Assembly (NCBI GenBank): GCA_029263315.1
Contig: JAJCXR010000048.1
Span: 265,768 to 329,767 of the forward strand
DNA length: 64,000 bases
Source: Acidobacteriota bacterium
GTDB taxonomy: Bacteria > Acidobacteriota > Thermoanaerobaculia > Multivoradales > J023
Reading direction: 5' to 3'
Below are positions 19,110-28,696 of this stretch, piece by piece. The position numbers and the translations under genes are program-made. Within the stretch, counting starts at the first letter, position 1, and every line of letters starts with the position of its first letter. The notes beneath the pieces are model-generated. The model saw only the letters and a list, made by a program, of their open reading frames with translations. It made no database searches and was not told where the DNA came from.

Positions 19110-20762
19110 ATGTCCGTTGATAGCCCCCCACAAATGCCTTTGTACGAGCAGCTTCTCAGCTCTCTGGGGACACCCCCGGGACCGCCCAAGCTGAGGCCGT
19201 CGGCGGCTGTGGTGCCCTGGCGTCTGGATGACCACGGCGATGTCGAGGTCTATTGGGTGCGGCGCAATCCTGCGCTGCGTTTCATGGGGGGATGGCACGC
19301 CTTTCCCGGCGGCGGTCTGTCCCGACGCGACGCTGCCCTACCGCTCCGTGGTGCGCCCCGGGGGATGGCGCCGGAGGGTCGCTCCCCGGCCAGCGGATCG
19401 GCGGAGATCGACCAAACCTTGCCGCAAGATTTGATCGACGGCTTGCTCGCCTGCGCCCTGCGGGAACTGTTCGAAGAAACCGGCCTGCTGCTGCATTGCG
19501 GTGCCGCTACGGTAGATCCTGGGGCGCTGCTCGAAGGGCGCCAGAGCCTGCTGGCCAAGGAGGTCGACTTCGCCGCCTTGCTCGAACGCTGGCAGACCGA
19601 GCTCGACGCCGGCCCGCTGCACTATGCCGGGCGTTGGCTCACCCCACCGCTGGCCCCGATGGGCTTCGACAACCGCTTCTTCCTCCTCCACTGGCCGATG
19701 GATCGGGCCCTGCAACCGACGATCCTCGAAGGCGAGCTGGTGCACGGCGAGTGGATTCGTGCCGCCGACGGCGTCGCTTGCTGGCGCCGCAGCAAGGTGC
19801 TGATGGCACCGCCTATCCTCCACCTGCTCAGGGCCCTGGCCGAGGACGGACCCGAGACCGGGTTGCCTCGCCTACAACGACCGCAGGAGACCTTCTGGGG
19901 ACCGATGCGCCACATCGAGTTTCGTCCCGGTATCCATCTGCTGCCCGTGCGCACCCCCACCCTGCCACCGGCCACCCACACCAATGCGTTCCTGCTGGGA
20001 CATCGCGACATGGTGCTGGTGGACCCGGCCACCCCCTTCGAGGACGAGCAGGAGCGTCTCCTGGCAGCGCTACAGGCGGCTCAACAACAGGGCGCAAGAC
20101 TGCGGGCCATTTGGCTGACCCATCACCATGTCGATCACATCGGAGCCGTCGAGATGATGCGCCGCCGGCTCGATCTCCCCGTCTTCGCCCACGCCGCCAG
20201 CAAAGCGCCGTTGGCTCGCCTCGGCATCCACCTCGACGGCGAGCTGCGGCATGGCCAACGGGTGGTGCTGGACGGCGACCCGCCCTGTGTCATCGCCGTG
20301 CACCACACACCGGGCCATACCCGCGGCCATCTTTGCTTCTGGTTGGAAGAGCACGGTTCCTTGATCGCCGGCGATCTGATCTCCGCCCTCAGCACCATCG
20401 TCATCGATCCCCCGGAAGGGGATATGGGCGACTACCTGGCTTCCCTCGAGGCCATGATGAAATTACAACCGCGGCTACTGTTTCCCTCCCATGGCCCGGT
20501 GATCCTCGACGCCATGGGCAAGCTGGAGGAATTTCACAGCCATCGCCTGGAACGTGAGCGGCAGGTGTTGAGCCTATGGCGAGGGGGGGAACGGGATACC
20601 GCCGCCATGGTGCGGAGCATTTACCCCGATCTGCCGCCGATGGTTCACGGCATCGCGCAACGTCAAGTGCTGGCCCACCTGCAACATCTGGCGCAGCTCG
20701 AGGAGATCGAGGATTTCAAGCTGGAGGGGACTGAGCTCGACCCTAGAGCCGCCGACCGCTGA
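19110..20762 (+). CDS. fusion protein: N-terminal NUDIX hydrolase + C-terminal MBL-fold metallo-hydrolase
   Basis: Nudix box 'GGWHAFPGGG...ALRELFEETGL'; MBL motif 'HHHVDHIGA' (HxHxDH) plus downstream His/Asp; ggagg SD before ATG 19110. Confidence 0.75.
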   Translation: MSVDSPPQMPLYEQLLSSLGTPPGPPKLRPSAAVVPWRLDDHGDVEVYWVRRNPALRFMGGWHAFPGGGLSRRDAALPLRGAPRGMAPEGRSPASGSAEIDQTLPQDLIDGLLACALRELFEETGLLLHCGAATVDPGALLEGRQSLLAKEVDFAALLERWQTELDAGPLHYAGRWLTPPLAPMGFDNRFFLLHWPMDRALQPTILEGELVHGEWIRAADGVACWRRSKVLMAPPILHLLRALAEDGPETGLPRLQRPQETFWGPMRHIEFRPGIHLLPVRTPTLPPATHTNAFLLGHRDMVLVDPATPFEDEQERLLAALQAAQQQGARLRAIWLTHHHVDHIGAVEMMRRRLDLPVFAHAASKAPLARLGIHLDGELRHGQRVVLDGDPPCVIAVHHTPGHTRGHLCFWLEEHGSLIAGDLISALSTIVIDPPEGDMGDYLASLEAMMKLQPRLLFPSHGPVILDAMGKLEEFHSHRLERERQVLSLWRGGERDTAAMVRSIYPDLPPMVHGIAQRQVLAHLQHLAQLEEIEDFKLEGTELDPRAADR

Positions 20763-22008
20763 CGCCACCCCCGGTGACATCTTCCACGGTCACCGTCTCC
20801 AGACGACCGGTGAGATCGTCAGGCACTTGATCGGCGGCGGCCCTGACCCTGACGTAGTTGTCGGACAGGCCCGTCCACCAGCCACCACGGCGCTCTTCCC
20901 ACACCACGTCCAAGTCTTCGCCCACCTGCCGGCGATGAAAGGCCTCCTGGCTGGCATTGGCGACGGCCAGCATGCGGTGAACACGCTCCTTCTTGACCGT
21001 CGGCTCCACTTGCTGATCGTGGGTGGCGGCGTCGGTGCCTTGGCGTGGCGAATAAGTGAACACGTGGGGCCGGGCAAAGGCCATGGATTCGACAAAATCC
21101 AGGCTGGCCTGGAACTCGTCGTCACTCTCGCCGGGGAATCCGACGATGACATCGGTGGTCAGCGCCAGGCCAGGAATGGCCTGCCGCAGGGTCGACGCCA
21201 ACTCGCCATAGGCAGCGGCCGAGTAGGGGCGTCGCATGCGACGCAGGGTGGCGCTACAGCCACTTTGTAGCGACATGTGGATGTGGCGACACAGGCGCCG
21301 GTCCTGCCACAGGTCGAGCAGCCGGCGGTCGAGCTTCCAAGGCGCGATGGAGGTCAAGCGCAAGCGCCGCACGTCGGTATCGGCCAGCAGCGCCGACACC
21401 AAGTCGTAGAGACGCTGTCCGGCGTCGTCGTACTCTGAAATCTGCACCCCGGTGACCACCACCTCCGGGTAGCCTCCAGAAGCCAGACTCTGCACCTCAG
21501 CCACCACCTCGGCGATGGAACGACTGCGTTGACGACCCCTGGTGCTGGGGATAATGCAGAACGAGCAACGCATGTTGCAGCCGTCCTCCACCTTCACCAA
21601 GGCCCGCACATGGCCGTAGTCCAGCGGCACATAGGGGACCGGCACCGGCGAGGTCGACGGCTGGACCTCCGGGAAGAAGGCATGCACCTGCTCCAACAAT
21701 TGATGCTTCTGGGTGTTGTCCACCACCAAATCGACACCGGCCAAGGCCGCCGCCTCTTGTGGCGCATGGCTGGCATAACAACCGGTCAGCACGGTGCGCG
21801 GAGCATTGGGTAGCCGGGCCCCACGGCGGGCCGTCTTGCGTGAGTCACGGGCCGCCAAATGGGTGACGGTGCACGAGTTGATGACGTGCAGATCCGCCTC
21901 TTCTAGGCAAGGCGCCAACCGATGCCCCGCCGCCACAAAACGACGGGCCAGGTGGTCGACTTCCGCTTGGTTGAGCTTGCAGCCCAGGTTGGTGAAAAAG
22001 ACGCGCAT
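20743..22008 (-). CDS. mtaB: tRNA methylthiotransferase (MtaB-like radical SAM MTTase with TRAM domain)
   Basis: N-terminal 'FFTNLGCKLNQAEVD...HVINSCTVT' resembles B. subtilis MtaB; radical-SAM CNMRCSFC; gggag SD before ATG 22008. Confidence 0.8.
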   Translation of the reverse strand: MRVFFTNLGCKLNQAEVDHLARRFVAAGHRLAPCLEEADLHVINSCTVTHLAARDSRKTARRGARLPNAPRTVLTGCYASHAPQEAAALAGVDLVVDNTQKHQLLEQVHAFFPEVQPSTSPVPVPYVPLDYGHVRALVKVEDGCNMRCSFCIIPSTRGRQRSRSIAEVVAEVQSLASGGYPEVVVTGVQISEYDDAGQRLYDLVSALLADTDVRRLRLTSIAPWKLDRRLLDLWQDRRLCRHIHMSLQSGCSATLRRMRRPYSAAAYGELASTLRQAIPGLALTTDVIVGFPGESDDEFQASLDFVESMAFARPHVFTYSPRQGTDAATHDQQVEPTVKKERVHRMLAVANASQEAFHRRQVGEDLDVVWEERRGGWWTGLSDNYVRVRAAADQVPDDLTGRLETVTVEDVTGGGVSGRRL

Positions 22009-22149
22009 GGCAGAATCTGTCGACTCCCGAAGGTGGGTTGAAGGCGCCTCGGCAAGAGACCGCCGATGACGGCGCGATCTTACCAGCCCGGGGCGAGTCG
22101 AGAGCAATACTCCAGGCAAGACGAGAAAGACTCTCCTCCCTCCCCCAAC

Positions 22150-23577
22150 TCAACCCAACACGGCGGCGCTCTTTGGATACAGGGACTTCAACACCTCAGC
22201 CGACGCCCCGCGCAAGGTCGGGGCCAGGCGTTCGGCCAAGTCCTCGCGGCTGCCCCGCTGGGCTTCTTTCCATGCCCCTTGCAGGGTTTCATGATGTCGC
22301 GACAGCTGGCGTTCGACCGCCTCTCGCCATCGGCCATGGGCTTCTTCCCGCTGGAACTCGCCGCGACCACGACCGAAATGGGCCACCGCCAAGTAGCGTA
22401 GGAGCAACTGCTCGCTGAGCTCGTCGAGGAAGGCCGGGGACCACGCCACCGCCGGTGTCTTATCGCCGCTGAGCTCGCGGTAACCCTTGGCCAGACCAGC
22501 GCCGCCCAAGGCGCCGAGGATGGCGCCGGCCACCACCCCGCCGCCGAAGGTCAGGCCACCGGCCAGCAGGTCCGCCGCCAGACCACCGACGGCACCGCTG
22601 ACGACGCCCGCTAACAGGGCACTCTTCTCGGTCTCCAGCAACTCGCCGCGCACCAGGAAAGCCTCGAGGGCGGTTTCCAGAGCCTCACCCGCTTGCCCCT
22701 CCAGGCCGTGCAGGAGCAATAGATCGGCCATCAACTCTTCGGTCTGGTGCTGCAGCCGTCGCGCCAGGCTGGCCATGCCCTGCTGCCGATCTTGCTTGCG
22801 CAGGCCGGTGCTCAATCCACGACGCTGCGGCAGCGACTCGCGATCCGTCGCCGCTCGAGCCAAGTAGTCGGCCATGGCGGCGATGGCCTGGTCGAAGATA
22901 TCGAGGTTGCGCCGGTTCCAGGCCGCCACCAGCTCTTCCATCAAGGGGCGGGAGGTTTCCGGAAGATGGTGTTGCAGGGCCTCAAAGAGGCTGCCCTCCT
23001 GCACCCAACAACGGGAAAAGGCGTCCAGGGCCATGATCTCCACCACCCGCGGCCAACGCTGGCAATGGTGGCGCCACAGGGCCAGACGGGCCTCCATCTG
23101 ACGGGGGGTGTGCACCGCCTCACCACTTTGGTTGAGCAGCACGACGATGGGCCGCTCCATCCAGTCCAGCAGCTCCAGCTCCGGTTCCACATAACCCGCC
23201 GACGCCGGTTCCTCGCTGTCGTTGACCAGGTAAAGCACCACGTCCGCTTCCTGCCGCACATTGACCGCCGCCTGCTGGGCACACCACAGGGGACGATCGG
23301 TGAAGCGGTCCCACACCTGCGAGACAAACCAGCCGATGGGATTCTCCTGCTGCTGCAAGCGGCGCAACAACCGTACCGAATCGCCGAAACCCGGCGTGTC
23401 CCACAGGATGAGCTCGCCATGCTGGCTGGCGATCAGCGGATAGGCGGTGTTTTGATCGGTGACATGGGCTTGGTCCAAGACCTCGCCGACATCACGCCGC
23501 AGCAGGGTGCGGGCCAGGGTGGTCTTGCCGACATTGGTGTGGGAAACCAAGCTCAGGGTGATGCGTTGCTCCGTCAC
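22150..23577 (-). CDS. P-loop GTPase with C-terminal Gly-zipper membrane segment (DUF3482-like)
   Basis: G1 'SHTNVGKTT', G3 'DTPGFGD'; C-terminal 'GVVSGAVGGLAADLLAGGLTFGGGVVAGAILGALGGAGL'; GTG start preceded by ggagga and overlapping upstream stop (GTGA). Confidence 0.7.
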   Translation of the reverse strand: MTEQRITLSLVSHTNVGKTTLARTLLRRDVGEVLDQAHVTDQNTAYPLIASQHGELILWDTPGFGDSVRLLRRLQQQENPIGWFVSQVWDRFTDRPLWCAQQAAVNVRQEADVVLYLVNDSEEPASAGYVEPELELLDWMERPIVVLLNQSGEAVHTPRQMEARLALWRHHCQRWPRVVEIMALDAFSRCWVQEGSLFEALQHHLPETSRPLMEELVAAWNRRNLDIFDQAIAAMADYLARAATDRESLPQRRGLSTGLRKQDRQQGMASLARRLQHQTEELMADLLLLHGLEGQAGEALETALEAFLVRGELLETEKSALLAGVVSGAVGGLAADLLAGGLTFGGGVVAGAILGALGGAGLAKGYRELSGDKTPAVAWSPAFLDELSEQLLLRYLAVAHFGRGRGEFQREEAHGRWREAVERQLSRHHETLQGAWKEAQRGSREDLAERLAPTLRGASAEVLKSLYPKSAAVLG

Positions 23578-25099
23578 TTCTCCTCCAAGCTGCCGGGCGG
23601 CCAAGCCACGGTGGGAAATCGCAACAGGTCGGCGTCCTGGGGTGACTCCAAATCCAAGACCAAGGGCTTGATGGACAATGGATCGAGCAGCCGCCGCCAA
23701 GCGGCGCGCTTTTCGTCGAGCCGAGCGGCCACCACCTCGCCTTGCTGGCGACGCCGATACGGCCCGCTATCGACCCAAACCACCAACGACTGGCCGGGGG
23801 CGAGCACTTCCTGCAATTGTCGCAGCAGCTCGCCGTGCACCTCTTTCTCCGGCGTCTGGGCCAGGTTGAAGATGATCACCAAGCAACGGCCCCGAGGCGG
23901 CTCGGTGTCATCCAGCAGATCGCCGTAGGCCAAGGACGCCGCCAAGCGCACTTGGCAGCGCCGGCCGAAGACGTCCAACAGGAGCCGTTGCCCCTGTTCC
24001 GCCGCCTTGCTGGACGGCTGGTAGCTGTAGGGCCAGACATCCACTTGGTGGGCCACGGTTTGCCCCGCGGCCAGCAGACGGCGACGATAAACCTCCGGCA
24101 GTTGCACCGGCAAGCGCTTCTCGAGGCGACGCACCCGCCAGCTCTCCCAGAGCCACGCCAGGGCCCTCGGTAGGCCCACGAAGAGTAAGGCGGTGGCGGC
24201 CCACAGATGAATGAAGGGGGCGGCGTCGAAGGTCTCCGGCCACGGATAGAGAGCCACCGAAGGGATCTCCATCTGCAAGAGCTTGCTGGCCGGTGCCAAT
24301 ACCAGTCCGAGGATGGCGTCCACCTGCTCGCCGTCGAGGAAGGTGCTTTCCCACCCCACCCGGTACTCCCGCACCAGCCCCCTCACATACATGCCGGCCA
24401 CCGTACCGGCCACCAGGGCGCTGGAACCGACGTGCAGCAGGCGACGTAAACGAGCCGCCAGGAGCGGTGCCTGGGCGACGGACCAGAGGCTGAGGAAATG
24501 CAGCAGGCTGCGGGCCAGCAAGCCGTCTTCCCCTGCCACCGCGTCGTCGTCCCCTTGAGTCTTGGACGACCCCTTGGGCAGCTTGGACGACCCCTTGGGC
24601 AGCAACGACGGCAGCCGACGCATCGATCGTCCCTGCAACCAGGCGACCCAGCGGGCCACCGGCGCGGGTTTCGGCAGCCCAGAAGGCAACAGGCCGAGGA
24701 GGAAGGAGAGGGATAGGACGCCGACATTCCAAACCACCAGCACCATCAAGGGAACTGCTAGGACGCTGATCTGGCGAGCCGACCCCAAACCTTGGGACGC
24801 CAGGCCGAGGAGACCGGAGACCACCGCAACCGGCCACGTCCAACGACCGTCGAAACGACTCCAACGGCGGAGCTTGGGGAGCTCCGGAAAGCGCTGATCC
24901 AAGTCTTTCAGCAGGGCCTCAGCACGCCCCGCCAAGGCGTCCGCCTCGCGCCCCTTGGAAGCGCCGACGCCAGACGCCAGGTGGGCCTCGGTCGCCAGCC
25001 GACGGGCACCATGGCTGAGCAAAACCCCGCCCCGGTCCGTTTCCTCGATGGCCTGCACGAGGAGCACCGCCTGGGCAGGCTCCTCGGCCAATCGAAGCA
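23574..25099 (-). CDS. hypothetical polytopic membrane protein (DUF2868-like) translationally coupled to downstream GTPase
   Basis: several TM helices, repeat 'PKGSSKLPKGSSK'; start must lie after KAS stop (~25110) - GTG ~25099 proposed (track ORF extends to 25256). Confidence 0.5.
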
Positions 25100-25110
25100 C
25101 CGACCGCGTG

Positions 25111-26709
25111 CTAATCGTCGCTCTCCTCGCCCATCTTTGGCAGCGGTCGCGAGACCACCGCCGCGTTGATGCCACCGACCCCCATGGACATCTTGCCCAC
25201 CGCGCCGTCCGGGGCGGCACAGGAAGAATCAAAGACAAACTTGTCGTGCACGGCACCGATCTCCCGGTTGAGCTCCCCCTGCGACAGGGCGGTCGGATAG
25301 AGGGCGCCCCGCTGGTAGCCCAGGTACTGCGCCGTCAGCTCCCAACCACCACCGGCCGACATGCCGTGACCGAAGGTACCCTTGCGGGCCGTCACTAGCA
25401 CCTCTTCCGACATCATCTTGCGAACCATCTCGACTTCGTTGAAATCACCCGGCGTAGCGGTGGCGTGCAGATCCCAGGACACGACGTCACCGCCCCTGGT
25501 GGAGGCTGCGTCGAGGGCCATCCGCATGGCCGTGGTGGGGCCTTCTTGGGACGGCGTGATGATGTGATCGGCGTCCGACGTGACGCCCACCGAAACCGGC
25601 TCCAAACCGAGGGGACGCAACCCCAGGCCAGTCATGTGCTCCATGTCACCGAGGATCCACACCACCGAGCCACCGGCGATATGCGTCCCCCGCAGCTCGG
25701 TGAGGGGTTTCGACACCTGGGCGTCGGCGGAGATGACTCGGGCGCTGTAGAAGGCGCCGACGCTCAACGGGCTGGGGGGCGGATCGGTGGCACCGATGAC
25801 CACCGCCTTGGCTTCACCGCGACGGATGGCGTCCAAGGCCAGCTTGAGGGTGACGCCAAACGTCGAGCAAGCGGCACCCACCGCCAAGGACATGCCGGTG
25901 ATCTGGCCGAGCATGGTGATTTGCGCCGCCGCGATGTTGTCGATATTCCAAATGATGTTCGACGACACCGCCTGCCACGGCGGCAAGGGGGCTTGCCACT
26001 TCTCCTGCAGGCGGCGCAGGCGGCGTCCCTTCTCCTTCATCAGGGCCAGCTTGCCGCTCTCGACGCTGCCCTGCACCGCCAGGCCTTCGATCTCCCGTTG
26101 CTCATCGAGGTACTGGCGCAGCTCCGGGGACAGGGCGGTCCAGAAGCCCCACCAGGTATCTTCCACCGCATCCCGGTGGTCGAGGTCGGTGGCCGAATCC
26201 GGCTCCGCCGGCAGCTCGACATCGGCCAGCTCGGCAACCGTCTCACCGGCCTCGAAGCGACGCCGCAGGCTGTTGTTGTCCGGTCGCGACCAAAATCGGT
26301 TCCAATGGCGCTGCGCCCTGTAGAGGGATAAGGACTCCTCGTATTGGGTGAAGAGGTCACCCAACCCGGTTCCGACGTAGACATGGGTCTCGGTTCCCAA
26401 GCGCTTGAGCTCTTCCTCCAAACCCGGGTTCTGTCCCAGTGCCTGGATGAAGGCGCCGATGGCGTACTGCACCGGCAGCCCCATCTTGTTCTCCAGTTGC
26501 CCAAAACGATTGGGCTTGAAGCGCTCGTCGACCCACCGGCGATAGACGGAAAAATCGAACTGTGGATAACCGACCAAGAAGTTGTCCGGGCCGAAACCGT
26601 TGAACGGCTCCAGCCAGCTCTCTGAGCTGTCGAGGTTGTTGGCGAAGGTCTCGATATCAGGTGAGCGAGGGGCGACGACGCCCCAGCCGAAAATACCAAC
26701 TCTGCGCAC
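25111..26709 (-). CDS. beta-ketoacyl-ACP synthase (KAS I/II-like) with ~130 aa insertion before active-site Cys
   Basis: Cys-His-His triad motifs 'GAACSTFG', 'HATATPGD', 'GHGMSAGG'; N-terminus 'RVGIFGWGVVAPRS' KAS-like; extra segment between residues ~125-255; GTG start. Confidence 0.75.
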   Translation of the reverse strand: MRRVGIFGWGVVAPRSPDIETFANNLDSSESWLEPFNGFGPDNFLVGYPQFDFSVYRRWVDERFKPNRFGQLENKMGLPVQYAIGAFIQALGQNPGLEEELKRLGTETHVYVGTGLGDLFTQYEESLSLYRAQRHWNRFWSRPDNNSLRRRFEAGETVAELADVELPAEPDSATDLDHRDAVEDTWWGFWTALSPELRQYLDEQREIEGLAVQGSVESGKLALMKEKGRRLRRLQEKWQAPLPPWQAVSSNIIWNIDNIAAAQITMLGQITGMSLAVGAACSTFGVTLKLALDAIRRGEAKAVVIGATDPPPSPLSVGAFYSARVISADAQVSKPLTELRGTHIAGGSVVWILGDMEHMTGLGLRPLGLEPVSVGVTSDADHIITPSQEGPTTAMRMALDAASTRGGDVVSWDLHATATPGDFNEVEMVRKMMSEEVLVTARKGTFGHGMSAGGGWELTAQYLGYQRGALYPTALSQGELNREIGAVHDKFVFDSSCAAPDGAVGKMSMGVGGINAAVVSRPLPKMGEESDD

Positions 26710-26829
26710 GATGTTCCCCTATGTGGCGTCTTGCCTTGATGGCGACGAGGATGGTCGGCCCGACGCGCTGACGCGGAACCGTTGGCAGCGGATTATGCCA
26801 CGGTGCGGCACGGCGACGGGCGGGAAGTG

Positions 26830-28638
26830 TCAGGAGTTTATCAAGCCCGGCGCGGCGGCGTGCGGCGGTAACATCCGGTGCTGGTAGAGGGCCCCGTCGA
26901 CAAAGCCGAGCCCCCGGTAGTAGTCGCGGGTGCCGATGGAAGAAATCACCGCCAGATCGTCGAAACCCGCCGCCACCGCCAGCTCGGCGGCGCGCTCGAC
27001 GAGCCGCCGTCCCAGCCCCAAGTGCTGCCCCTTGCCGGGACGCTGCTCGCCGATCGCCACGACCACACCGTAGACGTGCACTTCGCGGATCATGGCGCTG
27101 TCGGCGATCTCGTCGATGAACACCGCCCGGTCGGGCAAGGAAAGCCGACAGAAACCGACGATGTGGTCGTTGTCGGTGACAAATTGCAGGAAGACCTCCC
27201 GGCCGACGGCGGTGGCGTACTCGATCTCTTGCAGGCGCAACGCCGAGGCGTCGACCTTGCGACCGCGGATCTCCCGGGCCCGGATGTCGCGGCTGCGCTC
27301 GCCCCGCTCCGCCAGGCGCTGCTCCACGACTTCGCGGAAATTGGTGATCTTGTTGCCCACCAAGATATCGTCGCCTGGGATATCGCGGATCACCCGCGTC
27401 ACCCGGCAATAGGCCGGCACTTGCAACATGCAGGCGGTGAGAACCTCGAGCAGCTCGTCCTCCTCGTAGGGACGCCAGTCGCCGCGCTCGTAGACCTGCA
27501 TCAGCTCGGCGCTCTCGATGAGCGAGCAGGGGTAGATCTTGAGCTCGTCGGGCCTGAAATCAGGGTCGCTGAACAGCTTTCCAAAGTCGACGATATCGCT
27601 CTGCGGATCGGAGCCGTGCAAGTTGGGCATCCAATGGGCGTGCAGCTTGAAACCCCCTTGCCGCAGCAGGGCAACGGCGCGGCGGGTGGCGGCGACGTCG
27701 TGGCCCCGTCGATTGACCTCCAGCACGTGGTCCGACAGGCTTTGGAAGCCGATCTGCACTTTGGTGCAACCCAGGCGACGGATGCGCACCACTTCGTCCT
27801 TCGTCAGGTGATCCGGCCGCGTCTCCACCACCAAACCGACGCAACGGGCGACGGTGCTCTCGTTGGCCAGCTGCACCGCTTCGAGCTCCTCCCAAGTGGC
27901 GGATTCGGTGTCGTCCAACAGGGCACCGTCCAGTTGCTGACGCAAGTAGTCGCTGACCACCTGGTTGTAGGTGCGATCGAAGTCGCTGCCGTCCACCTCT
28001 TCGTCCAGGGTCTCGAAGCTCACCTTGCCCTTGGGCAACATGCCCTCTTCCAGATTGGCGAGGTCCGCCACCTTGACAAAATCGTTCATGGCATCGAAGC
28101 AACGCTTGATGAACCAAATCTGGTAGGTCTCCGGATAGAACGACCAGGTGCCACCGAGCACGATGAGCTCCACCTTGTCGACCCGGTGGCCGGTGTGATG
28201 GAAGGCGACAAGCCGCCCCAGGGTCTGAGCGTAGGGGTCAAAATCGTGCTGCGCCGCCCGTTGCGCCCCCGGCTCCCGCGACAGGTAGCTCTTCGGCATG
28301 CGCACGTCGTTGGGGCAGAAGATGCACTTACCGGGGCAAGGATAGGGCTTGGTCAACACCGTCACCGGTGCCACACCGCTGGCCGTACGGATGGGTTTCA
28401 TGCGCAGGCGCTCGACAAAAGCGCGGTCGTCCGGCCAGCCGTACTGCTCGGCGAAGTAGCGGAACCCGCGGATCACCTCGCTCTTGGAAAAAGCCCCTTT
28501 GCCCTCCTTGGGGAATTGTCGCACCAGGAGATTCCAGCTCGCGGCATCCACCCCGTCCGCCGCCTGGATGGCGCGGATGATGGGGATCAATTGCTCCTCG
28601 TGGGCACGGGGATCGAAGTGATAGCGTGGCATGGTCAT
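26830..28638 (-). CDS. Elp3-like radical SAM + GNAT acetyltransferase fusion
   Basis: 'CPGKCIFCPND' cluster motif and 'HDFDPY' resemble Elp3; C-terminal GNAT motif A 'QHLGLGRRLVERA'; start ambiguous (28638/28632). Confidence 0.75.
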   Translation of the reverse strand: MTMPRYHFDPRAHEEQLIPIIRAIQAADGVDAASWNLLVRQFPKEGKGAFSKSEVIRGFRYFAEQYGWPDDRAFVERLRMKPIRTASGVAPVTVLTKPYPCPGKCIFCPNDVRMPKSYLSREPGAQRAAQHDFDPYAQTLGRLVAFHHTGHRVDKVELIVLGGTWSFYPETYQIWFIKRCFDAMNDFVKVADLANLEEGMLPKGKVSFETLDEEVDGSDFDRTYNQVVSDYLRQQLDGALLDDTESATWEELEAVQLANESTVARCVGLVVETRPDHLTKDEVVRIRRLGCTKVQIGFQSLSDHVLEVNRRGHDVAATRRAVALLRQGGFKLHAHWMPNLHGSDPQSDIVDFGKLFSDPDFRPDELKIYPCSLIESAELMQVYERGDWRPYEEDELLEVLTACMLQVPAYCRVTRVIRDIPGDDILVGNKITNFREVVEQRLAERGERSRDIRAREIRGRKVDASALRLQEIEYATAVGREVFLQFVTDNDHIVGFCRLSLPDRAVFIDEIADSAMIREVHVYGVVVAIGEQRPGKGQHLGLGRRLVERAAELAVAAGFDDLAVISSIGTRDYYRGLGFVDGALYQHRMLPPHAAAPGLINS

Positions 28639-28696
28639 GGCCGTGTCTGATGGGATGAGCCCGCAGGGCGGGCCGTTGGCGACGCAGCGTATCACG

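Noticed and set aside
19253-20557. 434-aa +strand ORF in alternate frame of the NUDIX-MBL gene
   Set aside because: Extremely Arg/Pro/Gly-rich, no motifs; the NUDIX-MBL frame has both domain signatures.
23742-24864. ORFs 23742..24173(+), 23908..24864(-) within the membrane-protein gene
   Set aside because: Alternative frames of a gene supported by operon context and translational coupling to the GTPase; translations Gly/Arg/Pro-rich.
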